NCBI GenBank assembly: GCA_965203805.1
Contig: OZ241917.1
Location: 928,001 to 992,000, forward strand
Length of the DNA stretch: 64,000 bases
Source: Candidatus Latescibacterota bacterium
GTDB lineage: Bacteria; Latescibacterota; UBA2968; GCA-2709665
Direction: 5' to 3'
Of this stretch, positions 19,948 to 30,053 are shown piece by piece (within the stretch, counting starts at the first letter, position 1; each line of letters starts with the position of its first letter). The notes under the pieces are model-generated. The model was not told where the DNA came from and did no database searches. It saw nothing but the letters and a program-made list of their open reading frames with translations. The position numbers were made by a program, and so were the translations under genes.

Positions 19948-21162
19948 CTATGGATCGGGGGGCGTTGAGTATATCACCTTCAACATGGGCTCATGGAACA
20001 CGACCCAATTGACATTCCAGTTCCGGCGGTCGGTAATCGGAGTGCTCAACGCGAGTCCGAGATTACGCGTCGTCCCGGAGAGCCAGCCCTGAACGAGGGT
20101 CTGGTCCATGGCGTAAGACGCCTTCTGTGCGTCGAATTGCCACGAATTGACGACGGAGAACGTTGTGTCCCCTGTGGCGGAGTCGAGGTTGATCCGTTCG
20201 ACAGAAAAAGTAAACGTCTCGAACATCGATTGCGACCGGTCGTAGTTCAACCGCAACTCCGAAGACGTTACCGTTGCGCCCCGCGGAATGCTGTCGGGAA
20301 GATCGAAGCGGAATACCGGGCTTAGCCTTACAGTCGTAGAAAGGACCAGCATCCCCGGCTCGGGTCCGTCCCTCGCGGGCCAGTACGTATCCTCCGACAC
20401 ATCCGCCACATACGTGTGTGTGTTGCCGCCCGTCGAGTACGTTACACTCAGTTCCGGCAGCCGGTCGGCATTTTCAGGCAGGGCGTCGTCCCGGGAGACC
20501 AGACTCGTAAAAAACCGTGAGCCCGCGGCGGGCTGCAGCAGCAGATCGATCGACGCGGCCTCCGGATTCTCAAGCATTTCGGACGTGAAGTACTCGGGCG
20601 GCAGGTCGATCTCGATCAGACTATCGCCCGGAGACGAGACGGCCGCCCCGTTAATCGGGGATGACGCAATCGTCACAGCGGTGTGATTGACCGTATCGGC
20701 AAACGCGTCCAGCTCATCCCACGCCTCTTCCGGACGGAGTACCTGCAGTTCCTCGACACCTCTCGTGAGCTCACGCTTCCAGATTCGCAACCGGACGGAG
20801 CGAACGTCCGGCGGCGCGGCGCCGGCAGACGCCGAGACCAGGGAATCCGGATCCAGGCTGACCCTTATCAGAGACCTGAGCACGATACCGCCCATCCGGC
20901 CGACCATCAGCGTGTCGCTCTCACCGAACGCACGACTGAACGTACCCTCGAACCGCGTCGAGCCGCCCCGGGACGGCAGCAGCGGAAGCTCCACGACCCT
21001 GCCCTGCCCGCGGGCAACCAGATCCGAACCGACCGGATTCTCCTGTCTGTCGCCGCAGCCCGGTAACAGCGCCCCAATCAGCATGATCGTCAAAAGTTGC
21101 CGGCGACACATGCGCGCGCACCTCGCGATTTCGCCCTTCCTGGTTATCGTCGTTTTCCTCAT
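19948..21162 (-). CDS. Lipoprotein of unknown function (DUF4270-like)
   Basis: LLPGC lipobox followed by NPVGSDL; ends PMLKVIYS; true start may be downstream. Confidence 0.55.
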   Translation of the reverse strand: MRKTTITRKGEIARCARMCRRQLLTIMLIGALLPGCGDRQENPVGSDLVARGQGRVVELPLLPSRGGSTRFEGTFSRAFGESDTLMVGRMGGIVLRSLIRVSLDPDSLVSASAGAAPPDVRSVRLRIWKRELTRGVEELQVLRPEEAWDELDAFADTVNHTAVTIASSPINGAAVSSPGDSLIEIDLPPEYFTSEMLENPEAASIDLLLQPAAGSRFFTSLVSRDDALPENADRLPELSVTYSTGGNTHTYVADVSEDTYWPARDGPEPGMLVLSTTVRLSPVFRFDLPDSIPRGATVTSSELRLNYDRSQSMFETFTFSVERINLDSATGDTTFSVVNSWQFDAQKASYAMDQTLVQGWLSGTTRNLGLALSTPITDRRNWNVNWVVFHEPMLKVIYSTPPDP

Positions 21163-21205
21163 CCTGTAACGCTCGATGCGGGAATTCGTTCCTGCGCGTC
21201 GGGAT

Positions 21206-21733
21206 TCAATGGACCCGCTCTATCAAGATGTCGGCCTGCTGTTCACCCGCGGCAATCGGATTCTTCGCGCACGCACCCTCCATATCGCCGGGCTGCGGGC
21301 CTACGAAACCGTCCCGGTCGATTTTGGCCACCATGTACATTTCGGGAATCTCCGCCAGTACGATTCCGTCGCCGAACATTCGCGCCACGTCGGACTGGGT
21401 GAGGGTGTATTCGTACGGAAGCGCGGGCATCGGAATCCGCTTGAGGGCATACGGCGGGCCTCCGTCGGGGCGCTCGCGCGCGATGATAAACAGATAGGCC
21501 CCGGCCGGTATGTCGCGCCGCAGCTCCCGCTTGATCCGAACTGTTCCCCGAACCGTCTTTCCGCCGGGTTCTTTGGATGGCGCACGGGCCGTCGCTACGG
21601 GAGGATGCCCCGCCGGCAGGGCCGGCCGCCGCGGTTTCGGCGACGGATGCGCACCTTCCTCGTAGTGCTGATCGCAAGCGCAGATAAACAGAAACCCTGC
21701 CAGAATTACCAGGATACGATTGATAGGCATCAT
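21206..21733 (-). CDS. Lipoprotein with CcmI/CycH C-terminal Ig-like domain
   Basis: ICAC lipobox; LPAGHPPV; LFIIAR..GGPPYALKR...LPYEYTL..D, AKIDRDG...PGDMEG pattern of the CycH C-domain. Confidence 0.6.
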   Translation of the reverse strand: MMPINRILVILAGFLFICACDQHYEEGAHPSPKPRRPALPAGHPPVATARAPSKEPGGKTVRGTVRIKRELRRDIPAGAYLFIIARERPDGGPPYALKRIPMPALPYEYTLTQSDVARMFGDGIVLAEIPEMYMVAKIDRDGFVGPQPGDMEGACAKNPIAAGEQQADILIERVH

Positions 21734-21806
21734 ACGTCCACGTCGGGCAAAAAAACGGGCCGGACTTGCAAAAGCCGGACCGGAGACACCCAATGCAAAC
21801 ATGGCG

Positions 21807-22586
21807 TTAACGGGCGTGCGCCCCTGCGAAGATTTCCTCTTCCGTCATCGTCAGAAGCGCCGGTTCGTCATCGGTGACCGCCACGACATGTTCGAAATGC
21901 GCTGAAGGCAAATTGTCTCTGGCAGACGCCGTCCATCCGTCGTCGGCGAGTACGACATCGGGTCTTCCAAGGTTGACCATCGGTTCAACCGCTATGACGA
22001 TTCCCCGCCGCAGGCGCGGATTTTTTTCCAGTGGCACGTAGTTCGGCACCGCGGGGTCTTCGTGAAGGCTGCGTCCGATCCCGTGCCCGACGAACTGGCG
22101 CACCACAGAAAATCCGTGTGCCTCCACCCACTGCTGGATGGAGCCGCAAACGTCCTCGAGGCGGCCGCCCTCCCGTGCGCCTTCGATACCTTTAAAAAGA
22201 GATTCCCGCGTTACCCTTATCAACTTCCGGATTTCCGGTGTCACGTCGCCTATGGCATACGATATCGCCTGGTCTCCGTAATATCCCATCAGTCTGGCGC
22301 CGATGTCGATGCTGACAAGGTCGCCTTCCCGAATTTCCCGCTCTCCGGGTATCCCATGTACAACTTGCTCATTGATGGAGATACAGGTGGCCGCAGGATA
22401 ACCGTGGTATCCTTTAAAGGCCGGAGATGCGCCGTGATCGCGAATCAATTCCTCCGCGACACGGTCCAGACTCGACGTAGGGACTCCTGGTCGAATCCAT
22501 TCCCTCAGGGCCCGATGCGCAAGCCCGACAATCCGGCAGGCGTCGCGAATTTTCTTCAGTTCCCTTTTCGAGCGGAGCGCGATCAA
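21807..22586 (-). CDS. map: Methionine aminopeptidase type I
   Basis: CISINEQVVHGIP, IDIG, GD, GHGIG..LHEDP, AVEPM, SAHFEH. Confidence 0.95.
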   Translation of the reverse strand: MIALRSKRELKKIRDACRIVGLAHRALREWIRPGVPTSSLDRVAEELIRDHGASPAFKGYHGYPAATCISINEQVVHGIPGEREIREGDLVSIDIGARLMGYYGDQAISYAIGDVTPEIRKLIRVTRESLFKGIEGAREGGRLEDVCGSIQQWVEAHGFSVVRQFVGHGIGRSLHEDPAVPNYVPLEKNPRLRRGIVIAVEPMVNLGRPDVVLADDGWTASARDNLPSAHFEHVVAVTDDEPALLTMTEEEIFAGAHAR

Positions 22587-22708
22587 TCTCTCACCTGTAG
22601 CCGATGTAGACGCGGGTAGGGTGCCGAAGGTTCTAATTTAACAAAAAGTAATATAAAAACAAGCACTAAGAAGCTGTCTTGAATTCCCCGGCGGTCTTCG
22701 CGCGGCGA

Positions 22709-25141
22709 TCACGGCAGGCCGAAATAAATCGCAAAAATGAGGAAGTCCTGAAAGTCGACGAAACCGGTGCCATCCAGATCGTGAATCGGGCTCTCCGTGC
22801 CGAATGCTCCTGCGAAAGCAATGAAGTCGGCGAAATTTACTGCGCCGTCTTTGTTGAAATCCCCTTTTAACGTCTTGACGATGGTCCATTTGCGTTCCGC
22901 CGACTCCTGTCCGGCGGAGACGACGACAGCGACCTCGTCGTCCGCTTCGGTAGCGGGAACCGAGATCAGGAGCGACGGACCCGTCTCTTCCACGGGAACG
23001 CCGTCTACAGACCAGGCGTAACGCAGTACATCACCGTCCGGGTCCTGCGCCGTCACGGAAAACCGGAGCCTCTCCCCCGGCGCGCCCAATACGAGCCTGC
23101 GAGCCGGATCCGTGTCGAGAATCCTGGGCGGACGATCGACATTCGTCACGTGAACGTTCACGCCGACGCGTACCTGGTTGATGCCGTCGCTGACCTGGAA
23201 TCGAATCTCGTAAGTCCGGTCGCCCTGATCGTATCGAGGCGTCCATGTGAAGCGGTTTTCATCCAACCTCGCCCCTGCCGGGAGATTCTCGGCCGTAAAT
23301 TCAAGATCATCGCCTTCTTCGTCTTCTGCATTGATGAGTATTGCCAGGGGCCGCCCTTCCGCAATGGTGGTATCGGCAATTCCGGAGATCACAGGGGGCA
23401 GATTGCCCGTTGCGGTCTGGCCGAAGACCACCCAGGCGACGGAGGGCGGTGCGCCCGCCGCGGTGGCGGATACCTCCACAACTGTGGTTCCTCTCCCGGT
23501 GGCTGCAATTTCGATCGAGTCCACCTCCGTCGTAAAGGATGAGAGATCGTCCTGCCCGGGCACCGTCAACGTCCTATCGCCGCTTGTGCGCCTGACGGCC
23601 CAGGTTACCCCCGCACCCGCGGCTCCGCGGGCGCCCACGTTCACCCGGTCTGCGTCCGCCGGCAGGCGGGCGAACGGAACCCCGAAACCACCTGCGGTAA
23701 GCCTCAGCGGCCCTGTTTTTCCATCAGTCGATTCGACTTTTGAAATCGTGTAGTCGTACACGAAATCCTGCCCGTCCAGTGCGTCTGAGATCGGTAGAAA
23801 TACGATATTGTCGTATTGTCCGGCGTCCGGGATCTCCAGCGTTGTGCCCACAGGGCGCAACAGGCCGACCCCGTCGGTATCGATCAGCATTGCCCAGAAC
23901 TGCCAGCTTCCCTCGCCGGCCAGATCAAAATCGGCCCGAAGGCCGCCCCGCAGACCCTTTGTCAAAACCTGAACGTACTCCGATGCCAGATGGTCGACCG
24001 TTCCGGAACCGGATGCCTGGTCGCTCACTGTCAGCGCGACGGTTCTGACCGCCGCCGCGGGCTGATAGAATACTCCCTCTTCGTAAAAACCTTCACGGAA
24101 GCGTGTTCCGGTGAAATAGTTGGATATCACGTAACCCGCCAGCGTTTCCGAAAAGCCCCCGGCAGGCATTACCGGATCCAGCGTCCTGATATCGTACACC
24201 GTGGAGTTCCGCTTGCCCAGCCCCTCCCATGTCTGCCTGACGGTTCTTCTTCCGAAAGTCTGATCCAGGTAATGCACGTACACACAGGCGCCATACTGAT
24301 GCCCGTCCGCCAGGCTGGGCTGCCAGTCCAGGGAAACGGCCGGAGACTCCAGAACGAAGCGGGTGTACTGGAAATAGTCGTTCACGTCGTCGTAGGCCAC
24401 GTCTTCCATCCAGGTTGCCGTCGCCTCGTGCCACCACGACAGTTTTCGTGCGTTGTAGGCGAACTGTACAGCGTGGAAGAACTCGTGCGCCACGGTGACA
24501 TGGAGTCCGTCCAGCCCGCGAGTCGCATAGATCCTGTCCGTGTAGTTGTTGTCGACGGTCAGATAGGCCGCGGTCACGGAATCGGGCAGTTTTTCGGGCC
24601 AGGTCTGCCCGTATACACCCCGGGTTCCCAACTGCTGAATATAGACGTCGAAGCGTCCGTCGCCGTCATCGAGTGGAACGCGGTACCCCAGATGGTCGAT
24701 CTGAAGCGCCCAGGTGGCATCGAACGTGGCCGCCACCTCCTGCACATAGTCCGGAACCCCGTTTCCGTCGGCGTCGACCGGCGCCACGGCATGCTGCCCC
24801 CTCGTGTCGTAGTGGACGAGGAAACGGCCGCCCGGAGAGACGATGCTGTCCGTCATTGAGGGCCTTTGAAACACGTGAGCGAACGCCTGCTGTGTGTTTT
24901 TGCTCAGCCTGGGCCACTGGGTGGCCAGGGCCATGATTACGGGTGTTCCGCAGATCGCACGGTTATGAAAGTAGGGGCTGTCCATCGGCAGCAGATCGGG
25001 CCGGAAAACCGCGGCCGACCGGTTGAAGAGTTCGACTTCCAGATCACGCGGCAGCGGAGACAGATCGGGCGGCGTCTCGGCAGTTGCCTCGACCCCGCCC
25101 ATCAGGATTAAAACCAGGAAGACGCGAGTTGACCGGTTCAT
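22709..25141 (-). CDS. Secreted zinc metalloprotease (MXAN_6640-like) with Ig/cadherin-like repeats and C-terminal dockerin/EF-hand-like tag
   Basis: Signal peptide; CGT; HEFFH zincin motif, WWHEATATWMED; NLPPV..A.D.EGD.L Ig repeats; GDFNKDGAVNFADF...DLDGTGFVDFQDF. Confidence 0.8.
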   Translation of the reverse strand: MNRSTRVFLVLILMGGVEATAETPPDLSPLPRDLEVELFNRSAAVFRPDLLPMDSPYFHNRAICGTPVIMALATQWPRLSKNTQQAFAHVFQRPSMTDSIVSPGGRFLVHYDTRGQHAVAPVDADGNGVPDYVQEVAATFDATWALQIDHLGYRVPLDDGDGRFDVYIQQLGTRGVYGQTWPEKLPDSVTAAYLTVDNNYTDRIYATRGLDGLHVTVAHEFFHAVQFAYNARKLSWWHEATATWMEDVAYDDVNDYFQYTRFVLESPAVSLDWQPSLADGHQYGACVYVHYLDQTFGRRTVRQTWEGLGKRNSTVYDIRTLDPVMPAGGFSETLAGYVISNYFTGTRFREGFYEEGVFYQPAAAVRTVALTVSDQASGSGTVDHLASEYVQVLTKGLRGGLRADFDLAGEGSWQFWAMLIDTDGVGLLRPVGTTLEIPDAGQYDNIVFLPISDALDGQDFVYDYTISKVESTDGKTGPLRLTAGGFGVPFARLPADADRVNVGARGAAGAGVTWAVRRTSGDRTLTVPGQDDLSSFTTEVDSIEIAATGRGTTVVEVSATAAGAPPSVAWVVFGQTATGNLPPVISGIADTTIAEGRPLAILINAEDEEGDDLEFTAENLPAGARLDENRFTWTPRYDQGDRTYEIRFQVSDGINQVRVGVNVHVTNVDRPPRILDTDPARRLVLGAPGERLRFSVTAQDPDGDVLRYAWSVDGVPVEETGPSLLISVPATEADDEVAVVVSAGQESAERKWTIVKTLKGDFNKDGAVNFADFIAFAGAFGTESPIHDLDGTGFVDFQDFLIFAIYFGLP

Positions 25142-25212
25142 CGTATATACGACCCTCTGCGTGGCAGGATTCGGACGCATGACGACGCATCATATGCGTC
25201 CCATCGGCGGCG

Positions 25213-25890
25213 TCACGTACCCTGTTCCGTGACGGTAACGTAGATGCTGTCCGACACGTTGACGCCCACCACGTGCTGAACGTCCCCTTCCAATGCGATG
25301 GTCATTGGGCCGTTAAACGGCGCCCTTTCCTTAACTATTAGCGTCACGCCCGGCCGCAACCCCAACGCGCCCAGGTACCTGAGCATTTCCGGACTCTGGT
25401 CGTTCACCTGGACGATCACGACCGTTTCGCCGGCCTCCACCTGGGTCAGAGGCACACAATCCGTACTCTCTATGTTTCCATCTTTCGTTGGAATCGGCGC
25501 ACCGTGAGGGTCGGTGGTGGGATGCCCCAACACGCGGTCGATCTTGTCCTCGAACTCTTCCGAAATCACATGTTCGAGTCTGTCTGCCTCTGCGTCGACT
25601 TCATCCCAGTCGTAGCCCAGTGCGTCGGCGAGGTACAGTTCCAGCAGTCGGTGATGCCTCAAGACTTCCAGGGCAACGGCTTCTCCCGCCGGTGTGAGTT
25701 CGACCCCCTGATAGGGCCTGTGCTGAACCAGGTTCATTTCCGCGAGCTTTTTAATCATATTCGTCGCGGAGGCCGCCGCCACCTCCATTCGTTCCGCAAC
25801 CAGCGACGTGTTCACGGAGGACCGGGGCTCATGCCCGTACTGCAGTTTGTATATGGATTTCAGATAGTCCTGCGCGGCCTGACTGAGCAT
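25213..25890 (-). CDS. DtxR/MntR-family metal-dependent transcriptional regulator with C-terminal FeoA/SH3 domain
   Basis: QDYLKSIY, HHRLLELYL, EADRLEH, DPHGAPIP. Confidence 0.93.
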   Translation of the reverse strand: MLSQAAQDYLKSIYKLQYGHEPRSSVNTSLVAERMEVAAASATNMIKKLAEMNLVQHRPYQGVELTPAGEAVALEVLRHHRLLELYLADALGYDWDEVDAEADRLEHVISEEFEDKIDRVLGHPTTDPHGAPIPTKDGNIESTDCVPLTQVEAGETVVIVQVNDQSPEMLRYLGALGLRPGVTLIVKERAPFNGPMTIALEGDVQHVVGVNVSDSIYVTVTEQGT

Positions 25891-26006
25891 TTGTTCCCTT
25901 TATCAGGTACTCTCGCGGTAAAAGCGAAATTCCGGTGGCGTCATCGGCAAATCTCTCGGAGAACCCCATTCCTGATGAGCAGCCGATCCAGTGTTCTGAA
26001 CGGTCC

Positions 26007-27443
26007 TTATCCGGACACGAGCCGCCAGATCTGCGCCACGAGAAAACAAAACAGGAAACCCATTCCAACCGGGAGAAGCGATGCGATTGACGTCCACTTT
26101 GCGCTTCTCGTTTCCTTCCAGATCGTGTAGATGGTGGTTGAACAGGGATTGTGCACGAGACTGAACAGCATCAGATTGACGGCCGTGAGCAGAGTCCACC
26201 CGCCTGACGCGAAAATACCTGCGACCGCCGCGTTGGAGTCCAGTTCAAACATCACGCCCGCGCCGTCACCCAGCCCGGTCAACTTCGCGCTCAGAACCGT
26301 CAACATCAATATGGTGGGAATCACGATTTCGTTCGCCGGGACAGCAATGACGTAGGCCAGCAAAATGACGCCGTTCAGCCCGATAAGCAGACCAAATGGC
26401 TGGCTCCAGTTGATAAAATGCTCCGCGAGGCTGAACCCGCCCACAAGAATATTGGAACTCAGCCAGATGGCAGCGCCGGCGGGAATCGCAAAGATCACGG
26501 CGCGCCACAGTACAATAAGCGTTCTGTCGATGATGGACGTATAAACGGTCTGTAACACGCGGGGCGGCCGATACGGAGGGAGTTCCAGGCTGAACGCGGA
26601 TGCTTCTCCCCGAAGGACGGACCGGGAAAGCCCCCACGAAACGACAAACGAGAGCAGCACGCCAAGCACCGCGACACCCACAACCGCTCCGGCCGAAACC
26701 AGTCCCGCGAAGTGAGCCGGCGCCAGTCCGCCGATAAAAATCGTGGCAACCAGGATCTGCGTGGGCCAACGTCCATTGCAGAGAGAGAAATTGTTGGTTA
26801 TGATTGCAATCAGGCGTTCTCTGGGACTGTCTATAACCCGGGTGGAAACGATCGCCGCCGCATTGCAGCCGAATCCCATACTCATTGTCAACGCCTGCTT
26901 GCCGTGCGCGCCGGCTCTCTTGAACCACCCATCAAGATTGAACGCGACCCGGGGCAGATAGCCGAAGTCTTCCAGAAGCGTAAACAGTGGAAAGAAAATC
27001 GCCATGGGCGGCAACATCACGCTGACGACCCACGCCATGGCCAGATACATGCCGTCCACCAGAAGGCCATCGAGCCACCACGGCATTCCGATGGCCGCCG
27101 CCATCGATTTCAACGTCGGGTGAAGGGTGTCGATCAGGAGACCCGCCAGCATCGCGGAGGGCACGTTCGCGCCCTCGATGGTCAGCCAGAAAACCAGCGT
27201 CAGGATGCCCAGCATAATGGGGAAGCCCAGCCAGCGGCTGGTGACCAGTCGGTCGATTGTCCGGTCCAGGTCGAACCGGGCGGCATCTCCGGTTCGGGTG
27301 ACGGCGCGATCGGCAATCTGGGCTGCGTTCGCATAGATCGTTTCCATCAAGGAATCGTGGAAGTTCGACCCCACTTCCCATCGCAGCTTCGCGGCCAATC
27401 GAAGCAACCTCTCGGGGCGCCGATCCGGGGTTGGCACACTCAC
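26007..27443 (-). CDS. feoB: FeoB membrane (Gate) domain; C-terminal half of a split FeoB
   Basis: [47 protein letters not shown]; GTG start overlaps upstream TGA. Confidence 0.88.
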   Translation of the reverse strand: MSVPTPDRRPERLLRLAAKLRWEVGSNFHDSLMETIYANAAQIADRAVTRTGDAARFDLDRTIDRLVTSRWLGFPIMLGILTLVFWLTIEGANVPSAMLAGLLIDTLHPTLKSMAAAIGMPWWLDGLLVDGMYLAMAWVVSVMLPPMAIFFPLFTLLEDFGYLPRVAFNLDGWFKRAGAHGKQALTMSMGFGCNAAAIVSTRVIDSPRERLIAIITNNFSLCNGRWPTQILVATIFIGGLAPAHFAGLVSAGAVVGVAVLGVLLSFVVSWGLSRSVLRGEASAFSLELPPYRPPRVLQTVYTSIIDRTLIVLWRAVIFAIPAGAAIWLSSNILVGGFSLAEHFINWSQPFGLLIGLNGVILLAYVIAVPANEIVIPTILMLTVLSAKLTGLGDGAGVMFELDSNAAVAGIFASGGWTLLTAVNLMLFSLVHNPCSTTIYTIWKETRSAKWTSIASLLPVGMGFLFCFLVAQIWRLVSG

Positions 27444-28249
27444 GCCGTCACCTCTTCTTCCTGCCCTGGAATTCGGTCCAGGCCGCCCAATTCACCGGAA
27501 CACACGGCTTCTGTAATCCGCGCGTCGCCTTCGAGAAGGCGCAGCGCCACCCACCGGGCATTCGGTACGTTGGGGAATTCTTCCTGCAGTTGCGCCACGA
27601 GTTTGCCAACGGCCTTCTTCAGCCCCGGGGGCTCGTGACGGATGCGTTGCGGCCTGCAGGCCGTTCGTCCTGTCGCCACGTCGCTCAAGACCCGCGTCAG
27701 TTCGGAAATGCCCTCGCCACGGCGGGCCGCTGCAGGTACCACGGGAACCCCCAGGTCTCGAGCCAGCCGTCGATCGTCCACGGAGAGTCCCTGACGACTG
27801 GCCTCGTCCATCAGATTCAGGCAGACCACCGCCCGATCGGTAATTTCCAGTACCTGCAGGACGAGGTTCAGATTCCGCTCCAGACGCACGGCGTCCACCA
27901 CCACGACCGTGACGTCCGGTCGTCCGAAAAGAATAAAATCCCGCGCCACTTCCTCGTCGAGACTGGTGGACAGCAGCGAGTAAGTTCCGGGAAGGTCCAC
28001 GATTTTGTACCGGTGGCCGTCTAAAGCGAATCCGCCTTCCGCCCGGACCACCGTCTTCCCGGGCCAGTTACCGGTATGCTGCCGAAGTCCGGTCAGGGCA
28101 TTGAATACCGTGCTCTTCCCCGTATTCGGATTTCCCGCCAGAGCAACTACAAAATCCCAATTCGCCATATTCACGCCGAGCTTGGTCAGATTGCCCGAAT
28201 GATGGGCAGGGCATACGTCACAGCTTCCGGCAGGCAATTTTGTTTCCAT
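27440..28249 (-). CDS. feoB: FeoB small GTPase domain; N-terminal half of a split FeoB
   Basis: [28 protein letters not shown]; N-terminal CDVCPAHH. Confidence 0.9.
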   Translation of the reverse strand: METKLPAGSCDVCPAHHSGNLTKLGVNMANWDFVVALAGNPNTGKSTVFNALTGLRQHTGNWPGKTVVRAEGGFALDGHRYKIVDLPGTYSLLSTSLDEEVARDFILFGRPDVTVVVVDAVRLERNLNLVLQVLEITDRAVVCLNLMDEASRQGLSVDDRRLARDLGVPVVPAAARRGEGISELTRVLSDVATGRTACRPQRIRHEPPGLKKAVGKLVAQLQEEFPNVPNARWVALRLLEGDARITEAVCSGELGGLDRIPGQEEEVTA

Positions 28250-28303
28250 GGCAAACGCCTCCGCTCATTTCTATATCGTTCGGGAGCAGAAGATAACGAC
28301 TCC

Positions 28304-29329
28304 TCATTCCCCGAGCTGAACCTGAATCTGTACCTGATTTGCCTGTTCCTTTCGAAGTGCAATGGTGGAGCCGCGTATCCGATATGCGGTCGGATCCCCC
28401 GAAGGGCTGAGCATTTCCACCTCGATCCGGGTTCCCGGAAGGATTCCGAGATCCATCAACCGACGGCGTTCCAGACCGCGGCATGACCTGGAGAGTTGCA
28501 CGACACGGCCGACTTCGCCCCGTTTAAGGCCGGACAGCAGATCGTCGGACGACGCGCCTTCCGCCGCGTCGGACACCGCGGTGACTGAAATATGGTCGGC
28601 CAGCAGAGGGGCCAGTACATGTTCCTCGCCGTCGGCCCAGAACCGTACGCGTTGAGGAAGGACCTCGATCAGCTCGATACGCATCCCCACGTGCAGACCC
28701 TCCGCCGCCAGTTGGGCATAGACGGGTTCCGGCTCGTCTTCAATGTGTACGATCATCGCGGCAACGCCGACGGGGTGTTCCGTCAGGTGCGTGCCGCGCC
28801 TGGGCGCAATATCTCCGGCTTCGGTCGGGATCGGGTCCCCGTGCGGGTCGTACGTAGGATACCCCATCTGCCGGTCCAGCCGTTCCACCTCATCGGAAGA
28901 CATATCGTGCTCCCGGCGTTCCGCTTCGCTGTGCCACTCCGCCTCCGCCACCCCTGTCCGTTCCGCCAGATAGTGCTCCCAGAGCCGGTGAAACCGCAAG
29001 ATGCGGAGTGCATAATCCCGCCCCTGCGTCGTAAGCCTGACACTGCCACCGTCGGTAGCGGCCAGACCCAGCGCGGCCGCGCGTACCAGCAAGTCGGATG
29101 CGCGGCTGCGCGGAATTCCCAACGCCCCCGACAGGCTCTCCACGGTCGCGTCGTGCTGCTGGTATTCGCAATTGTAGATATGCTTCAGGAGATCTTCCGT
29201 CAGTACCCGTTCTGTCTGCCGGCGTGCCTGGCGCCATCGCAGGAAATACCCCGAATCCGGACGGAACAAAAACCATACAATTGCCAGAAATGCGCCAGCG
29301 ACCAGAAGCGCCTGGAGGGGGTCTGTCAT
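28304..29329 (-). CDS. Membrane-anchored DtxR-like protein fused to tandem FeoA domains
   Basis: N-terminal hydrophobic helix; EDLLKHIY, HRLWEHYL, EAERREH, DPHGDPIP; C-terminal RRRLMDLGILPG...GDP...IALR (FeoA). Confidence 0.85.
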   Translation of the reverse strand: MTDPLQALLVAGAFLAIVWFLFRPDSGYFLRWRQARRQTERVLTEDLLKHIYNCEYQQHDATVESLSGALGIPRSRASDLLVRAAALGLAATDGGSVRLTTQGRDYALRILRFHRLWEHYLAERTGVAEAEWHSEAERREHDMSSDEVERLDRQMGYPTYDPHGDPIPTEAGDIAPRRGTHLTEHPVGVAAMIVHIEDEPEPVYAQLAAEGLHVGMRIELIEVLPQRVRFWADGEEHVLAPLLADHISVTAVSDAAEGASSDDLLSGLKRGEVGRVVQLSRSCRGLERRRLMDLGILPGTRIEVEMLSPSGDPTAYRIRGSTIALRKEQANQVQIQVQLGE

Positions 29330-29372
29330 TTCGGCTTCTCGCTATCGGGATTGATTTTATAAGGATAAAAAA

Positions 29373-29394
29373 ATATTTAGTCGTGTCTAAATAT
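29373..29394. promoter_or_regulatory. Palindromic DtxR/MntR-type operator
   Basis: ATATTTAG-tcgtgt-CTAAATAT overlapping the -10 box of the promoter for the split-feo operon. Confidence 0.8.
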
Positions 29395-29418
29395 AAGACA
29401 ATAAGCCAAAATTGTCAA
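29390..29418 (-). promoter_or_regulatory. Sigma70 promoter for the dtxR-feoA/feoB/mntR operon
   Basis: Minus strand TTGACA-17 bp-TATATT. Confidence 0.8.
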
Positions 29419-29570
29419 ATAAACAATGAAGCCGTGCCGTCCGGCAGAACGGCACGACATTGGATGCCAATCCTGACTTTAACCTTGATTCGTCAAAAAG
29501 ACGGCGCCGCACAGACTGGTTCTTCGGCGACCTCCTCAATCCACACGCCGCGGTCTCACGACAACGCCGA

Positions 29571-30053
29571 CTATCCCTCCCTGTCGACTGAATCCTCTTC
29601 GTACTCCCGTTCGCCGAAGAACTTCAACACTTCCAGGAACCGATCGGGCGGATGAAATCCGGGCATTTTGTAGAGCAGCGTCCCGTCCGGTTCGAGGATC
29701 AACACCGTGGGAAACCCGCTCACGTTGTAGATCTGCGCCAGTTCTGCAAAACTCAGGTCGTGACCCACAATCCTCAATCGCGACCCGGTGTCTTCCGCGT
29801 TCAGCCTGATGGGAATGAACTTCGATGCCAGGTACCTGCGGACATCTTCCCTGGAAAACACCTGACGATCCTGTCTTTCGCACCATCCGCACCACGTCGT
29901 ATAGACGCCAATCATCATCAGCTTGTTTCCACCCGCCGCCTTCCGGAAGCCGTCTTTGGCATTGTACCATCTGAATGAACCTTCCTCCTTAGCCACGGCG
30001 AGTCCGGCAAGCAGGAACCCCAACCACACACCGATCTGGAGGATATGTTTCAT
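29571..30053 (-). CDS. Exported thioredoxin-fold protein (SoxW/DUF255-like)
   Basis: Signal peptide; YTTWCGWC; cis-Pro GFPT; PGF. Confidence 0.85.
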   Translation of the reverse strand: MKHILQIGVWLGFLLAGLAVAKEEGSFRWYNAKDGFRKAAGGNKLMMIGVYTTWCGWCERQDRQVFSREDVRRYLASKFIPIRLNAEDTGSRLRIVGHDLSFAELAQIYNVSGFPTVLILEPDGTLLYKMPGFHPPDRFLEVLKFFGEREYEEDSVDREG

